The notes under the pieces: generated by a model
Database searches by the model: none
The model's input: only the letters and a program-made list of their open reading frames with translations
Told to the model about the DNA's origin: nothing
Made by a program: the position numbers and the translations under genes
Source: Perna viridis
Lineage: Eukaryota
DNA length: 64,000 nucleotides
Assembly: GCA_037379345.1 (NCBI GenBank)
Contig: CM074512.1
Coordinates: forward strand, 11,036,001-11,100,000
Direction of reading: 5' to 3'
Part shown: one piece after another, positions 1 through 13,600 of the stretch
Position numbering within the stretch: the first letter of the stretch is position 1
Layout: each line of letters starts with the position of its first letter

Positions 1-695
1 TAAATAATGAATTTCTAAAAATGTTAAGGGTCGATATCTATAAAAAAAAATGAAAACAGTTTTTTGTTTTTTGCTTTTTGTTTTGCTTAATCTTCATTGA
101 ATGAAAACATAAAAAACATATTTCAGTCTTTCAAAATGCATTCTAATTCTTAATCTTTCAATAATGCTTGATTTCTACAAAATCTTGACTGGTACATGTA
201 TTTACACTCAGTGAGCGATTGATATTTTAATTATTTTTTTTTTATTGAAAATGTACTAAATGAAATAATTTTAGACGTCATGTTATGAAAATAAATGTTA
301 ACTTACACGTGGACCCCTTAACAAACCTTGTACAAGAAAATAGTTACCATTATTCAGTGCATGGCTTTTACTAAGGTAGGTTATTGATCAAGTCTTGTAT
401 GAAATTTATGGAGATACATATTTGGTTGAACACCGAAATTAGTACGTTTTGCTGGAAAAATTCTTTCTAAGCACCAAAATCAAGTCATTTTCAAATGATA
501 GACTCTTGAAATGAAATTAGGTGTACAGGTGAAAATAAAGTGTGTTATGCCTATTGGTAATGTAAATTATAATTCCTCTTCTGAAAAGGAAGATTATCTG
601 CTTGTACAATTTTTTGCTTTAAATCCTATAAATTATGACAAACGCTTTTTTGTGGAGGATAAATCTTACTATTAAGATAAAGAAATAGTGTAATA

Positions 696-1343
696 GTCAG
701 CCTCATATCTTGACTTACACTTAGAAATCGACAGTAAAGGAAAACTATTGACCAAACTTTACGACAAACGTGATGCCTTTTCATTCAGAATTGTCAACTT
801 TCCTTTTCATCTGTGGCAACATCCCTTCGGCTCCTGCGTATGGAGTGTTCATATCACAACTCATACGTTATGCCAGAGCTTGTCGAAACTACGCAGACTT
901 TTTGTATCGCGCTAGAACTCTAACAAATAGGCTTCTGGAACAGGGTTATGTTGCTACAAGATTGAAGTCATCACTACAGAAGTTTTATGGTCGTTTTCAT
1001 GAACTCGTGGATCGTTATGGTGTATCGATCAGCACCATGAAAACTGATTTATTCAACGGGCCATAGTTTTCCTTCCCTCTTTGTCTACCCCGGACTTGAC
1101 TTTTTATGAGCAACTCGGCGGGTATTTCTAGAAAAGCAGAGGACGCTTACCCTAGCGGTGCACCTGGTCCATGCTCCCAGTTTTTAGTGGAGTCCGAGTT
1201 GCTCATTTACTTTTGTTACTTTGTATGTATGATTTTAGTTACTTTATGTTCTTTGTTGTGTATGTCTGTTTTCCATGTCTGGTCTTTGTCCCTGGATTAC
1301 ATTATTTTGATTACCGCTATAACCTTGGTTCCCTTAATTACTC
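696..1343 (+). mobile_element. 5'-truncated Penelope-like retroelement (RT C-terminus/thumb plus 3' UTR)
   Basis: Translates, with one frameshift, to SASYLDLHLEIDSKGKLLTKLYDKRD..F..VNFP..GNIPSAPAYGVFISQLIRYARAC, typical of the Penelope-like element (PLE) RT C-terminus. No GIY-YIG domain follows. Absent from the paralogous site at about 41273. Confidence 0.75.
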
Positions 1344-2172
1344 ATTTATATTAAAATTAAATTTATAAAAAGAACAAAGTATTTCACTTAATATATTAAA
1401 GGAAACAAGGGTTTTAAAATCAATCGGGAAAGAGAAATGAACACTTGTTACTTCATACTACTTTTTTAAAGTTTATATATTTATTAGATGGTAGTTTACA
1501 ATTTTTAATAGCTAATTTTTTTTTATTTAGCAGATATCAAATTATTTACTTACCCAGTTTCGAAAATGTATCAAATCTATCAGACTGAAACCTGACAATA
1601 TTTCAGCAACAAGTCAGTAGAACTATAGATTCATATACTTATTTCTAGTTTAAAAAATAATTTCAAATGCATGCACAGTACATGTATTTTCCAATGTTTT
1701 TTTTTCCAATTTGACAACCATATCAGTATTTCACCAAGATTTGCAGTATTAGTAGATAAAGCTACCATGAAAATGGCATCCGATTCTTTTATTATGGTTT
1801 GCATGAGTTTTTTGATTACGTTTTGTATGAAAAATCTAAGTTTTTCAAAACCTAGAACTTGAGATATTGTTATTTTTATTTCGCAAGCAAGGCAGCGCAT
1901 TTTTGACAAGGGGTTGGTCTAGAAAAAAATGGCAGAATCTTTTCTGTGTGATATTTTGGCTTCTTTATTGCTATATTTTAATGATAAAATTAACAAAGAT
2001 TCGCAGCAGTGTATTTTGCCGATGTAATCGAGGAAATTGAAACGAGTCGATTTTTCAGTGCATCTTCTTGCAGTGAAAAGTATCGCCATTCTGGGATCAT
2101 TGGTCACGTGACAATTGCAGATTGGCGTTCGTTGCCATTTTATTGACTTTGCATTTCAGCTGTTGAGTTCCT

Positions 2173-2970
2173 TTATATCTCACCTGCCAAAAGACCATGG
2201 GAGCTCTTGTCCATCACTATGTGCCCGTCGTCCGTCGTCGTCCGTTAATTTTTTGAAACGTCTTCTCTGAGGAAACTACTTAATGGGATTTTTAATCTGG
2301 CAGAAAGGTCCGTTGACGAATGAATGAGTTGTGGGTCCTGCATTATTTTCCTCCAAATTTTGCATGTCAAACTTTGTAAATCTTCTCGTCTGAAACTACC
2401 AAATGAATTGAAACAAATTTAACATGAATGCTATTTAGAACATCTTTGACTACCTTTCCTTTGGGTTTTTTTTTGCTGGCGAAAAAATGGTTGCTGTTGC
2501 TAAAAGTAGACCATAGGGGAAAAAATGAAGAATGTTTCACATAACTCTAAAACAGTTGGGTTAAGCTCCAGTCTGGCAGGGAATTAAATTTGTGAAGCTA
2601 ATGATGGACTTATGCCGAAATTTTCAGAAAGTTTCGTTGACGGATGAAAAAGTTATGGGTTCTGAAACGGATTTTTTTTAACAGTATTTTGTACTTTCAA
2701 CTTTCAAAAGCTCCTCCTCCTAAACTACTGCTAGAATGTAAAAAAAAACTTGGCATAAATGTACCTTACCATACCCTTAACAATCTTTTTTTTTTTTTTT
2801 TTTTTTGATTTGGCAAAAACCATGGTCAATGTTATTAAAAATAGGCCATATGGGGTCAAATGGATGATTTTTGGAAGTAACTCGTGAAGAAATGACTTGA
2901 ACTAAATTCTGACTTGGTAAAATTAATCAGCGTAGTGAGAACGAACTATGCTGAAATTTTCCATTACCTT
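2173..2970 (+). mobile_element. HINE/pearl-like non-autonomous element (Helentron-associated type); paralogue at about 42280-43050
   Basis: Starts with tctcacctgcc...gagct, then a (cgtc/cgt)n microsatellite and a roughly 325-bp internal repeat (cgttgacgaatgaatgagttgtgggtcctg at about 2311 vs cgttgacggatgaaaagttatgggttctg at about 2635). Right boundary approximate. Confidence 0.5.
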
Positions 2971-3159
2971 TACCAGTTTGGTGTTACTGTTGATGTTTCA
3001 CTTTTATATCTTCCGAATTGTTTGAATATCATTCAATTCAGACTCATATTAGTTAATAAACATTTCATATTGATAGTAATCTACGTGCAATGAAATATTA
3101 AGTATCAAAACTTGTTTATGGTTAGTTCGTGATTGTTATAGTAGTAAAACTACTCCCAG

Positions 3160-3306
3160 TTTTTTGTCCAAATTGTTCATTTACTCTGGTTGCTTTGTAC
3201 GTATTATTTGTTATGTTCTTTGTTGTGTTTGTTTTCCCGTCTGGTCTTAGTCCCTGGATTGCATTCTTTTGATTTCCGTTACAATCTTGGTTCTCTTGAT
3301 TACTCT
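3160..3306 (+). mobile_element. Older 3'-terminal fragment of the same Penelope-like family (also about 43250-43395; a shorter piece at 22536-22598 and 62764-62826)
   Basis: Shares gtctggtct..gtccctggatt..att.ttttgatt.ccg....atcttggttc.cttgattactc with 1277-1343. Confidence 0.6.
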
Positions 3307-3708
3307 TTTCTTTACTCTTATCAACCAACTGATTTTAATCAAAATATGTAGATTTATGCGTATCATTTTCACATAATTAGTTCGAATCCCATGGGCTTAA
3401 TTCGTGAACCTCTGCGCATTGTTTTCATTTCCATATTTATCTGTAATTTAAATATATGTTTTTCTGTATCTAATGTGGTCGGAGTGTATTTTCATTATTT
3501 AATGGACATGTTAGTCTTTTAGTAAGCTTTGTTTGTTTTTGTTTGCATGTTTGTTTTGTTTTGTTTTATTTGCTTTTTTGTTGTTGGTTGACATTTTCAA
3601 AATATTTATTTCTTGTCGTTATATTTGCTGCTTTTACAAGTGGGGTATAGTAAGCACAACAGCTCTTCATTTTCATAATAACATGCACCCCTTTTAAGTC
3701 TGTTTTGC

Positions 3709-3714
3709 TTTATT
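3709..3714 (-). terminator. Candidate polyadenylation signal of LLTP copy 1
   Basis: First minus-strand AATAAA I see after the stop codon (about 220 nt downstream); also present in copy 2. AT-rich context makes this weak evidence. Confidence 0.35.
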
Positions 3715-3931
3715 CTGCATTTTTAGTGTTACCTCTATGAATAGTGTGTTAGCTATAAGAGACTGGACACATAAGTTGGGTTTGGAGAGAAACAACAATG
3801 TTAGTTTTTTTTCTGCTCTACTTGTTTAATTATGTATAAAATCTAATAAAACCGTCAACAATGCAAAAAAAATTAAAACAAATCAAATGTCAATTACAGT
3901 TTGTTTCAATGTCCATTTTAGAATTAGAAAG

Positions 3932-4640
3932 TTAACGACATTTTTCTTCGACTTGCCAAGCATTTCCCAACGCAAATGCGTCAGATGTAATTTGGTGGTT
4001 GGGCATTAGCATGTCATCATAACGTTCGTGATTTAGGGTACCGAGGAGTCCTCCAGTTTTACCGAAGTACCATTTGCTTAGATCAATGTCTATCTTATCA
4101 ACATTGTCATCAGTTGAGATTTGGAATCCGTTTCCTTCAACAAACACCTTCCCTTCGTCAGCGAAAACTGTAAAATCTGGCGATTTGTAAGGTAATTTTG
4201 TCAAGGCTCCATCAATCCTTACCTGTAATATACAGCAAACAAAGCTAAGGTGAGGACAGATTTATAAAAAAAATATATTTGTCTTAGATATTAAATTGGA
4301 ATCATATATCAAGCAAAGAAAGGACAAAGAATGTTTAATTACTAGATTTCACTAAATTGTCATATCGTATAAGAAATTGTGAAAGACATTCTCTACAGCT
4401 AAGTCTATGATTAAAAGAATTTCGTGTAAAAATAGCTTACCTTCCCATCAGGTAATAGTTGAACGTTTTGTCTGTGAGCTGTTACAATCAACTTTTTCTT
4501 TTGTCTTGCAATGAAATTCAGGATCATGCTGAAATTTCCATCAATGTAATCTTTTGCAAGTACATAACTACATCGTCCACTAAAGTCATACTCTTGTCCA
4601 TCAAATGTGGTAAATCGGGCACCATCGATTGAGGCATGTC
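3932..4640 (-). CDS. Last two exons of copy 1: von Willebrand factor type D (VWD) domain
   Basis: GHASIDGARFTTFDGQEYDFSGRCSYVLAKDY and WYFGKTGGLLGTLNHERYDDM...NAWQV are typical of the LLTP C-terminal VWD; stop TAA at 3934-3932. Confidence 0.88.
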
Positions 4641-7600
4641 CTAAAACCAATAAGAAATGGAGTAACAATAAAAAGAGAACGGATATGGTAACACGAAATA
4701 AATGCCCTGGCGTATAACCTAAATACGAAGAAGTAAATACTTTCCGAGATCTCCAAAAGGTCTTCAAAGTAAGCTCTGAAAGGGCACGAAAACAAACATA
4801 ATAAAATCCATGATAACAAATCGAAGACACTTCTAAAAAGTAAAATTTTCAAGTAAAATAACAACTCAAAGAAAATGACTGTTTTCCACCTACTCCATAG
4901 TCAGGGAGTAAATTACAAGTTATCTTTATATCTAAAAATACAAATATTGTGTGGTGTTTAATAGTAAAAACATATAACTAGTTCAATGTACGAACATGAT
5001 AGAACTATCCAAACCAAAATTTACATTTCACAGTATACATACACACTTCAAAAAGAAAGTAAGTAAACAACTGACCTTCCCAGCTTAAATGAGGTATGTA
5101 GTCCTCAAGAGAACCCAGCTTCACGTCGGGGATATTTGGAATTCTTGGCAGATACTTCCGTAGAGAAATATCAGATACAGATGTCAGGGATTTGACATCT
5201 ACAGGAAGATAAAGATCGATTTCTATTTTTCCATTAGCTATATCGTACATGATGATTTTAGATTTGAGGAGATTGGCGAGTATGTCTTTGATCATGGTAG
5301 CCTCTTTAGTGGCGTCTTTTTTAACTTCCTCAACAGCCTTGTTAACAAGTGCGTTCAGGTTTTCCTCAAATTCCCAGTATTTATAAGCTGAAGAACCCTA
5401 TAAATTAAGGATTAAAAATACAAGTGTATTAGAGAGTATATGAAGTATGTAGATGAAAATATTATGTACTTGATATTTTTCCTTATGATCCAATACCCCT
5501 CTTCCAATTTGATGTAGAATGGTGTAAGGCACAGCCATGATACGTTTCCTCATAATAATGTCAAATTCCGTACAAAGATATAACCGTCTTCTTTCAATGT
5601 TTTTTTTCCCTCTTCATCATATCATACTTCGCGTTCGCATCTTAGAGTTATTTGAAGGCAATTTAAAAAGGGAGTCAACATTTCAATATATTTACCATGT
5701 TATAAACTGGAGTAGGAAGTGTGTTAATAAGGCCTCTGTTTATGTTTTCTCTAACGTTGTATATAGCAGACGTGTACTGGTTTGCAATATTATTCATATG
5801 GTCTTCCATGTTCATATTTTGAAGTTTTTTCGTGTAAGGTTGCAACCTTTGAACGTAAAGCGCTGTGTTTACTTTTCCAATCATTCCTTCAAAAGACAAA
5901 AAACTACAGCTATAAAAAAATTCTAATACTAACAATCAATTAAAAAGCAGTTGATCACGTAAAAACTTTCTCAAAAGATTTGTTTAACAAATGGAATCTG
6001 ATCTTTGTAAGTTTAATTCCCGCTGGTATACCTATAGTAGATTCCGCGTTATGAAGAAATGTGTCTTAAATTTACGTAAACTCTTGTAGTACCTTGAATT
6101 TTATTGACAGTATTGTAATTAATGCCATTCAACATTTGTCTAGATGAACCATACAACTCGGAAGAGTAGTCTCCAAATCTCTAAAATATAAAAAAATATT
6201 TTTATTGCAATTTTCATTTACGTTGTATTTGATTTAAATGATTTAATACAGTAGGTTTACAAAATGTGTCATTTTCATCATGCATTATATTGATAATAGT
6301 CAGTTTACTATTACCCGTGCGGTCCATTTGAACATAACCTATTTGCAGGTTTTTAAAGTACACCATGTTAACGGATTATTTCTCTATGGACAGAAAAAAG
6401 TATAACAGTCATTTCTAAGTTGTTAAGATTTGTACATACGACTTCTGAACATCTCTTACCTGTTGTAGTCCTTGTATACTGTTAATATATTCATCAAGTC
6501 TGTTTTTCATTTGGCAACTTCTCCATGATTCCAACATTTTATGTTTTGTCTCACTTTAAAACATTGAAAACATAATTAACATAATGCTAAAAAAAGAAAA
6601 GATAGAAATTAATTATATAATTGATGAAATGCACTAAAATCATTTTATTTCAGGGGTAAGTTGAATGTTTTTATAATTCTTACTTTATATGATACCAAAC
6701 TGCTATTTGTAACTTTATAATATATCATACCTTCCTTTTGTCATGGCTGTTTGTAGACTGTCAGAAACATCTCTTAAATAATATGCGTTTCTATCTCTCA
6801 AGGAGATAATATCGGACATGATTTCATGAGCAGCTTGGGTGTATGGTTTAATACTTTCTTTACAGGCTGCTCGGATGAGCTGTTTTTTGTAATTGATTTC
6901 TCTTCTAATTTCATCGTGGCTGATTTTCAACGATCTAGATGATCTTATAAGGTAATCCTCTGTTCTTCTCTTTAAAACATCCTGTATGAAGTATGAAATT
7001 TACTCTTTTCACAGTTAAATATATATTTTTCTGTATTCTCAAAGAACTGAATATTCGTGAAGAATTATAAATATAATGAATATCATCTCTAGTCTAAGTG
7101 TGTGAAACAGATGAAAACAAAATATAGATCCTATTTAATCGCAGTTTGTTTTTTAAAATTATTATTATTAATTGTAATGTTTTACCTTAAGGTCTGTTAG
7201 AAGAGTTGGACGCCAGTTAACACGGGTATGTAGTATTCTAGATGTTTTTAGTCGAAGGTTCACTAAACTGTCGACCATTTTCCTGTCATTATCATTTCTG
7301 TATAGTTCAGCTAATAATCCTTTAACATCATTAAACTCTGTCTTCACATGAAGTGTATTCTTAGGGTTATCTGTCAGAAACAAATACCAGTAATTACATA
7401 AATGCTAAAATTACATTTTAAATTGCCCAGTATGAATATCGAACACCATGTAATGGCAATCTGAAATAGTTCTAAACAATTTATGTATCGGAAAGATAAT
7501 ACGATTTGAGTTAAACAAAGGTGAAACTAATATGGACATGAAGCATAATTTACCAATGTCATAGTTCATGTTGAAGTCCAAACTAACATCTTCTGGATCA

Positions 7601-10600
7601 ACTGTTAGTTCTGTATTGATTGGTTTCGAATCATCATATAAGTTCTTGAAAGACAGTCGATAAGGTTTGGTATCAAATGATGCCTCCATTGACATGGATT
7701 TTACTGGAGATCTAACCTGAATGTGAAAACAATTATTTCTAAGCTTTATTAAACACCATTTCAGAAAGTAAAGTTTCATTATATGGCAAGTTTTATAATA
7801 TATCAAAAACTGTAGTGATCCAACGAAAAATTTGTTTAAACAAATGAAGTTAATTCTATACAAGCATAAAAAATAAATTAAAAAAATTGAAAATTTACCT
7901 CGATTTAATTGTTGATTCATTTTCGGTAAAAGACGACTTTATAGTAAAAAAAAGTGAAAGCCAATCTGTATTAATTATGTGCACTTGTATGCGTAAAGGA
8001 AAGTACGTGTTCGATGATGGGAATGTACCTTTAGGTTAAGTTGCCTTCTGATTTTATCAATTTCTGTCATCAAAGCAATGTTCATTGTCTGTCGTTTTGC
8101 AGTTAAATATTTGATGTCAATATCAGCGGCCAGTTTGTCACTTCCCTTTGTTATCTGAGCCTGTGTCTGAAAATCAACTGTGGTGTATGGGTGGCTAATT
8201 CCAAGCTGTAGTTTATACTGATCACCACGGCCAGAGATATCTTCAAGTTTAGAACTAAGCGTTAGAGTTTTGCGTGAATCTGTGGAATATTTGAAAGCTG
8301 TATGTCCGTCATATATAACATTTCCACTGTTGACTAGCATTCTTGTGTCAAACTGTACAGACTGGAAAAAAATTAAATTAACTTTAAAAAAAATATATAG
8401 AAAAAACTTTAAAAAAATTAATGATGAATTCGTTTAATAAAGGATGACATGCGTTAAATAATCTAACTGAAACTATAGTTTTTGTCCGTAAATATATATG
8501 CTTTCAAGGTTATAGTTTCAAAATATAAGTATAATTTACATACATTCAATGTTAAAGCCATGATTTAAGAATTATAGTCTACTACCATCCAAGAATGAAT
8601 ACGTTATAGATAACCATACCTCTCCAAGACTTGGCAATTCCAGTGCCAAACTGACTTCATTGCCGTCACCTCTTTTCTTGTCTATTTTCTTGACAACAAA
8701 GCGCTTATTTTGATCTCTTTCTACATCCCAAGAAAATGACGTTTCAAAAGTGTCCAAACCATAAGAACTTCTTTTGAAACGGGATGCTTCGATTTTCCTT
8801 GACGGGATGATCAATGTGACTTTTTCCGTGTTTGACCTGTAGTCAAATTCCAGTCCATACGTCTCTCTGTCATCTTTCAAGAAATGCAGTGCTACTTGGT
8901 TGTAATCACTTCTTTTTTTGGAACTTGCCCGTATTTCATATATTTTTCCAACACAGTTGCCTTTGTAACTTATAACTTGTGTATTGTCAGACCAATCTTC
9001 GTTGTATGTCATATCAAGTCTACATTGGCTATCACGTTCAAGTTTGTTCCAGTTGACAAGAATATGTGATTTCGGACTAAATATATTCTGTATTTCAAAT
9101 TGCATTGGTCGTGGTTCATTAATGCCAACCTTTAAATGAATTTCTTTACCTTGTTGTCTTCCTTCAATCTCAATATCATACACAGTATTTTGGTTGATCT
9201 TCATATTGGCTAAAGCTACAATGATGTCACGGTTTTTTGGCATGTCTATTTTGAATTTACCGTCAAGGTTGCGGAGTGCATCACATGGGGAAGATAGCAA
9301 GAATGTGACTTCCGTTTCATATATTGAAGCATCAAATGTAATACCTTTTGGCGAATTAAAGAATCCATCTGCATGTACAGTTAAAACATCCCGGCTTCTA
9401 TCGATATTCATGGACAACCGGATATCTTTAATTCTCTGAATGCCGGATTGTATCCGTGCTAAACCCTGAATGCTGTTTTTAGTCTTTTTAAAATTGGTCT
9501 CGACGTCAACCTCTGGAATAGCAGATCCTTGCAAGTTAAAGCGGAGGTTATTTGGGTCATTAATAGATGAAGTGATTTGATGTCGTTCGTATCCTGTAAA
9601 TGGAGTTTCGATATTAGCATTTAAAGAGGTAGGAGTCATTTCGCCAGTCAGAATGATCCTATCACTTCCACGGGCAATATTGCTTTCCACAATCACATTT
9701 TGACCATCGATGTTAAGTTTATAGAACGCAGAGTATCTATTTTTAGGTGTAACTATGAATGCATCGACTAATTTCTTATTCATTTTAAGCTCTCCGTTCA
9801 GTAATGGCTTATTGTCCTCTAATGAAAAGTACATTGCAGATTTAAGGTTGTCATCTCTATAGTCATGGCTGTATCTGCAGAGGACATGTGGAGCTGTTCT
9901 TGAAGGAATCAGTAAATCTGCATTCAGATAAATATCTGTAAGTTGATTAAACCTCAATGTTACTTTTCCTTCAAATTTATTGTCTGGTGCATATTCAATG
10001 TGTCCCGATGTTGTAAACGATCGCAGGGTTCCAGCATGTTCAAGATTCCCTCTGATATTATGAAATGGTGTTTGAAGTCCGAATGATCCTGAAATAGTTG
10101 GCTTGACATGAAAAGATGCACTTGCTTTTATTTCTTTTTCATCCAATTTTGCAAGGAGTGATGTTCTGAAATTTGATATTTCCCCATCATGTTCTACTTT
10201 AAGTTGTGAAATTCTGGTAGTTCCTGCAATTTTAGACGAGATTTTACTATCGATGGACAATGACGAACCTCGTAGATTGACTGTAGTTTCTTCCTTTATT
10301 TCGTTCATATTTCCTACAGATGCTTTTGTATTTGAAGCAAACGACTTCGTGTCAAAACGGATATCGTATTCCATATTGATATCTTCTAGCATCGGTGTTT
10401 CCAGAAGCATACTTCCTTTCATAGATTGGTATCTAAATTCATGATTAGCTACTCCTCTCACCTTGTTTTTCCCATAACCAATTGATGACTCAACTTTAAA
10501 CTGGTTAAGTCTTCCATCTCCGCTTACAATAACTTCAAAGTCTTTGGTGAATGGTGTTTTGACACAAAGTTCAAACAGGAGACCGTCCTTTGATTCAACT

Positions 10601-13600
10601 TTACTGTTAATCTGTGCTTTGTATTTTCCACTTTGTATCTCCCATTTACCGAAAAGCATAGACTCATTTTTTATATAAGTGGCTTTTGCGGAATTTGTTT
10701 CGAACCCAATTATTGGAGTCTGAATTGTAAGCTCAAGCCCTCTGTTAAGATTGAAAGAAACGTCGGAAGAAACAGCCTTACGGTTGTATGTCAGCAGTGA
10801 AAAGGATCTGAAATTATGTAGATCACCCGAGTGTTTCATGCTTATCGACAATTCATGCTGCATTGCACCATTGTAAGATATTTCGGCTCGCCCATTAAAG
10901 TTCATGATCTCAGCATTTTGTTTAAGGACGACAGTTATGTCATTGGTGCTGGGCAAATTCAGTTTGAGTTTTCCATCAATTCCATTTGTAAAGTCAAGTT
11001 TCAAGTCGACTGACATTTCCTGATCGTTCACCGAGACAAGTCCCACAGAGGAGAAGTCCTTCTGGAAACCAGAAATGGAGAATTTTGCTTTAATACTATA
11101 TTGCTGTTTTCCAGCATATGATGTTGTAAGTTGTGATTCAAAGTTCTTCAATTCACCATGATGCTGGAGAGATATTGTTATATCTTCAGTAAAAGGTGAC
11201 TTGAGATTAGCCTGAACATCAATGTTTTTACTTGTATCAGCAAAAATCTCCGAAGATATTGTTTTGTCATTGTAAGTCACTTTTCCCTCCAGTGTAAACT
11301 TCCTTAGTGTACCTTTTAGTTCAAAATTCGTTGTCAATGAGTGTTGCATTTTACCAGAGTATTCCAGCTGACCACGAGAGGAGAAATCTTTCAATGTACC
11401 TTCGGTAGTAACTTCAAGTCGTAAGTCGGAATACTTCGGTGTCCTAAGAACAAAAGCAATATCCATTTTTGATAGTGTGTCAACATCTAAACTCAACGAT
11501 GTTATCTTATTGTTGAACTTAAAGTTGCCTTTGGTTGTAAACTTTCTCAAATTTCCTTCATGTTTAAATGTCACAAGAATTTCATGCTTATTCTCTTTAA
11601 AAATTAATTCTGCTCTAGATTGCAAGTCCCTTGAAAAACCTGGATGATCAACAACAAGCTGAATGTCTGACCACACGGGTGTTTTCAAAGTTGTCTTCCC
11701 ACTTAGTCCAGAGGTTGTGTCAACATCAAGAGACAATGAAGACTGTTTGTTGTTGTAGTTTATTGTACCTAAAATATGAAACTTATCTAGAGTTCCATCA
11801 AGTCTGAAGGTTACCAATAAGTCATGCTGTTTTGTGCCACTGTATGTAACTTCGGCTTTTGATCGTATATTTCTACTGTTTCCTTGGTGCTCGAAGGAAA
11901 TAATGATATCATTGGTAAACGGGGTTTCGATGCGACCATTTAATTTTATTCCGTTTGTCATATCCGATAATACTGCTACTGAAACTTTTTGTTTGTTATA
12001 TTGGCCGTTTCCAGCGATGTCAAATTTTTTTAAAGACCCGGTGCTTTGAATCAAAAGACCAAAGTCATGCTGTTTTGCTCCGCTATAAGAAATATCTGCA
12101 CTGCTTTTGAATTTCTTTAGTGAACCTGAATGTTCAAATGATATTTCAATGTCACTGGTAAATGGTGTTCTAAGTATCCCTCGTCCTTTTACATCACGAA
12201 TGGCATCGAATTCTATCTCAATGGAGAACCGTTTTTTGTTATATGCTACTGAACCAGATGTCCTAAAATTTTTATGGTCACCTATATGTTCAAATAAAAA
12301 CTCAACGGAATGTTGTATTCTGCCGCTGTACGTTAAATCGCCATTTGTATGAAAATTGAGTAAATCTCCGTTGAATTCTCCGTTTGCAATCAGGTCATCA
12401 GTAAAAGGAGTTTTTAAGACAACTTTTCCACTATATCCGTTGGATCTTTCAAGTGCTGCCTCGAGAGATATTTTTTTTCCATTGTACAATCCTTCAACAA
12501 AAGCACGCTGTTTACGTAACTGAACGACAACGTTTATTTCATGCTGTTGTTTTCCATTGTATATTATTTCCCCATGGCTTATAAAGTCATTCAGATCTCC
12601 TTGATGGGAGATTGACATCCTTATATCTTTCGTGTTTGGTGTTTGTAGTGTCAAAGTAAGAATGATGTCTCTGGTAGTGTCCAATATAATGTTCAAGGAT
12701 GCTGACTTGCTGTTGTGTGCTGCTGATGCAGACAATTTGAATTTTCTTAAATCTCCCTCAAGTTTGAAGGCTGACGATAAATAATTTCTGGATCTTCCAT
12801 AGCTAAGATGGGCGCTGTTTGTAAAGTCAAATAAGTTTCCTCGGTGTTCTACGACAATTTCAATGTCATGGAAAAACGTTGATTTTAATGTAACAGTACT
12901 TTGCACGCCGTTAGTAATATCAAACATGACGTCGCTAGTTACTTTCTGTCTATTGTATTCAGCATTTGCTTTTGATGAAAACTTTTTGATATTACCGGTA
13001 TGTTCCAATTCTACTAACATTTTGTGTTGTTTCCGTCCACTGTATGTTATATCACCCGTTGTTCTGAATCCATACCGCCCTTTTCTTGTGTGGATGAGTT
13101 CGAGTGACATTGGCAGAGAAATTGGTGTTTCTAATTGTCCTGTCATTTCAATATTTCCGAGGAGTCCTTCGCTTGCTCTTACTTTACTTGAAGCGGACAC
13201 TTTGTTTTTATTGTATTCGCCATTTGCCGACATTCTCCAAGATTTAAGGTTACCTTCAAGATTAAATGATATTGCAAATTCATGCAGTTTCTGTCCATCA
13301 AATGAAATGTAGGATTTTGATGTCATTCTGAGCATGGAACCACTTGAGTCAGAACTGAATGATATGTCCCTTGTAAATGGACTTTTTATGTAACCGCTGA
13401 CTTGTAAGTTTTCTGGCCTCATATCAACTGAAAACTGAGCTGATGCTGATTTGTATCCGTACTTGATTTCTCCATTAGACAGAAATTTCTTTAAAGACCC
13501 AACATGGTTTACTTTCAATGATAAATCTTTTGTGTAAGGTGTTTTGAGGTTGGCATTTAAATCAATACCGTTAAGCGAAGAAAATTGAACATTTCCACTT

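Noticed and set aside
1106-1368. Hydrophobic, membrane-protein-like small ORFs (also 18657-18951 and 43645-43854)
   Set aside because: Translations of T-rich repeat UTR or low-complexity sequence.
3378-3396. GTTCGAATCCC B-box/T-loop motif suggesting a tRNA gene
   Set aside because: No A box, acceptor stem or cloverleaf; at most a SINE remnant or a chance match.
5420-5640. Possible extra exon in the intron between 5696 and 5397
   Set aside because: Stops occur in the frames following the obvious acceptor, and the flanking exons already join in phase 0.
8572-8619. Different C-termini of the two giant ORFs (VWLSITYSFLDGSRL vs VWLSNVFILGW), suggesting a frameshift or an apoB-48-like truncation
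   Set aside because: The 2-nt indel lies after the donor GAG|gtatgg, so it is intronic; there is no sequence evidence for a truncated isoform.
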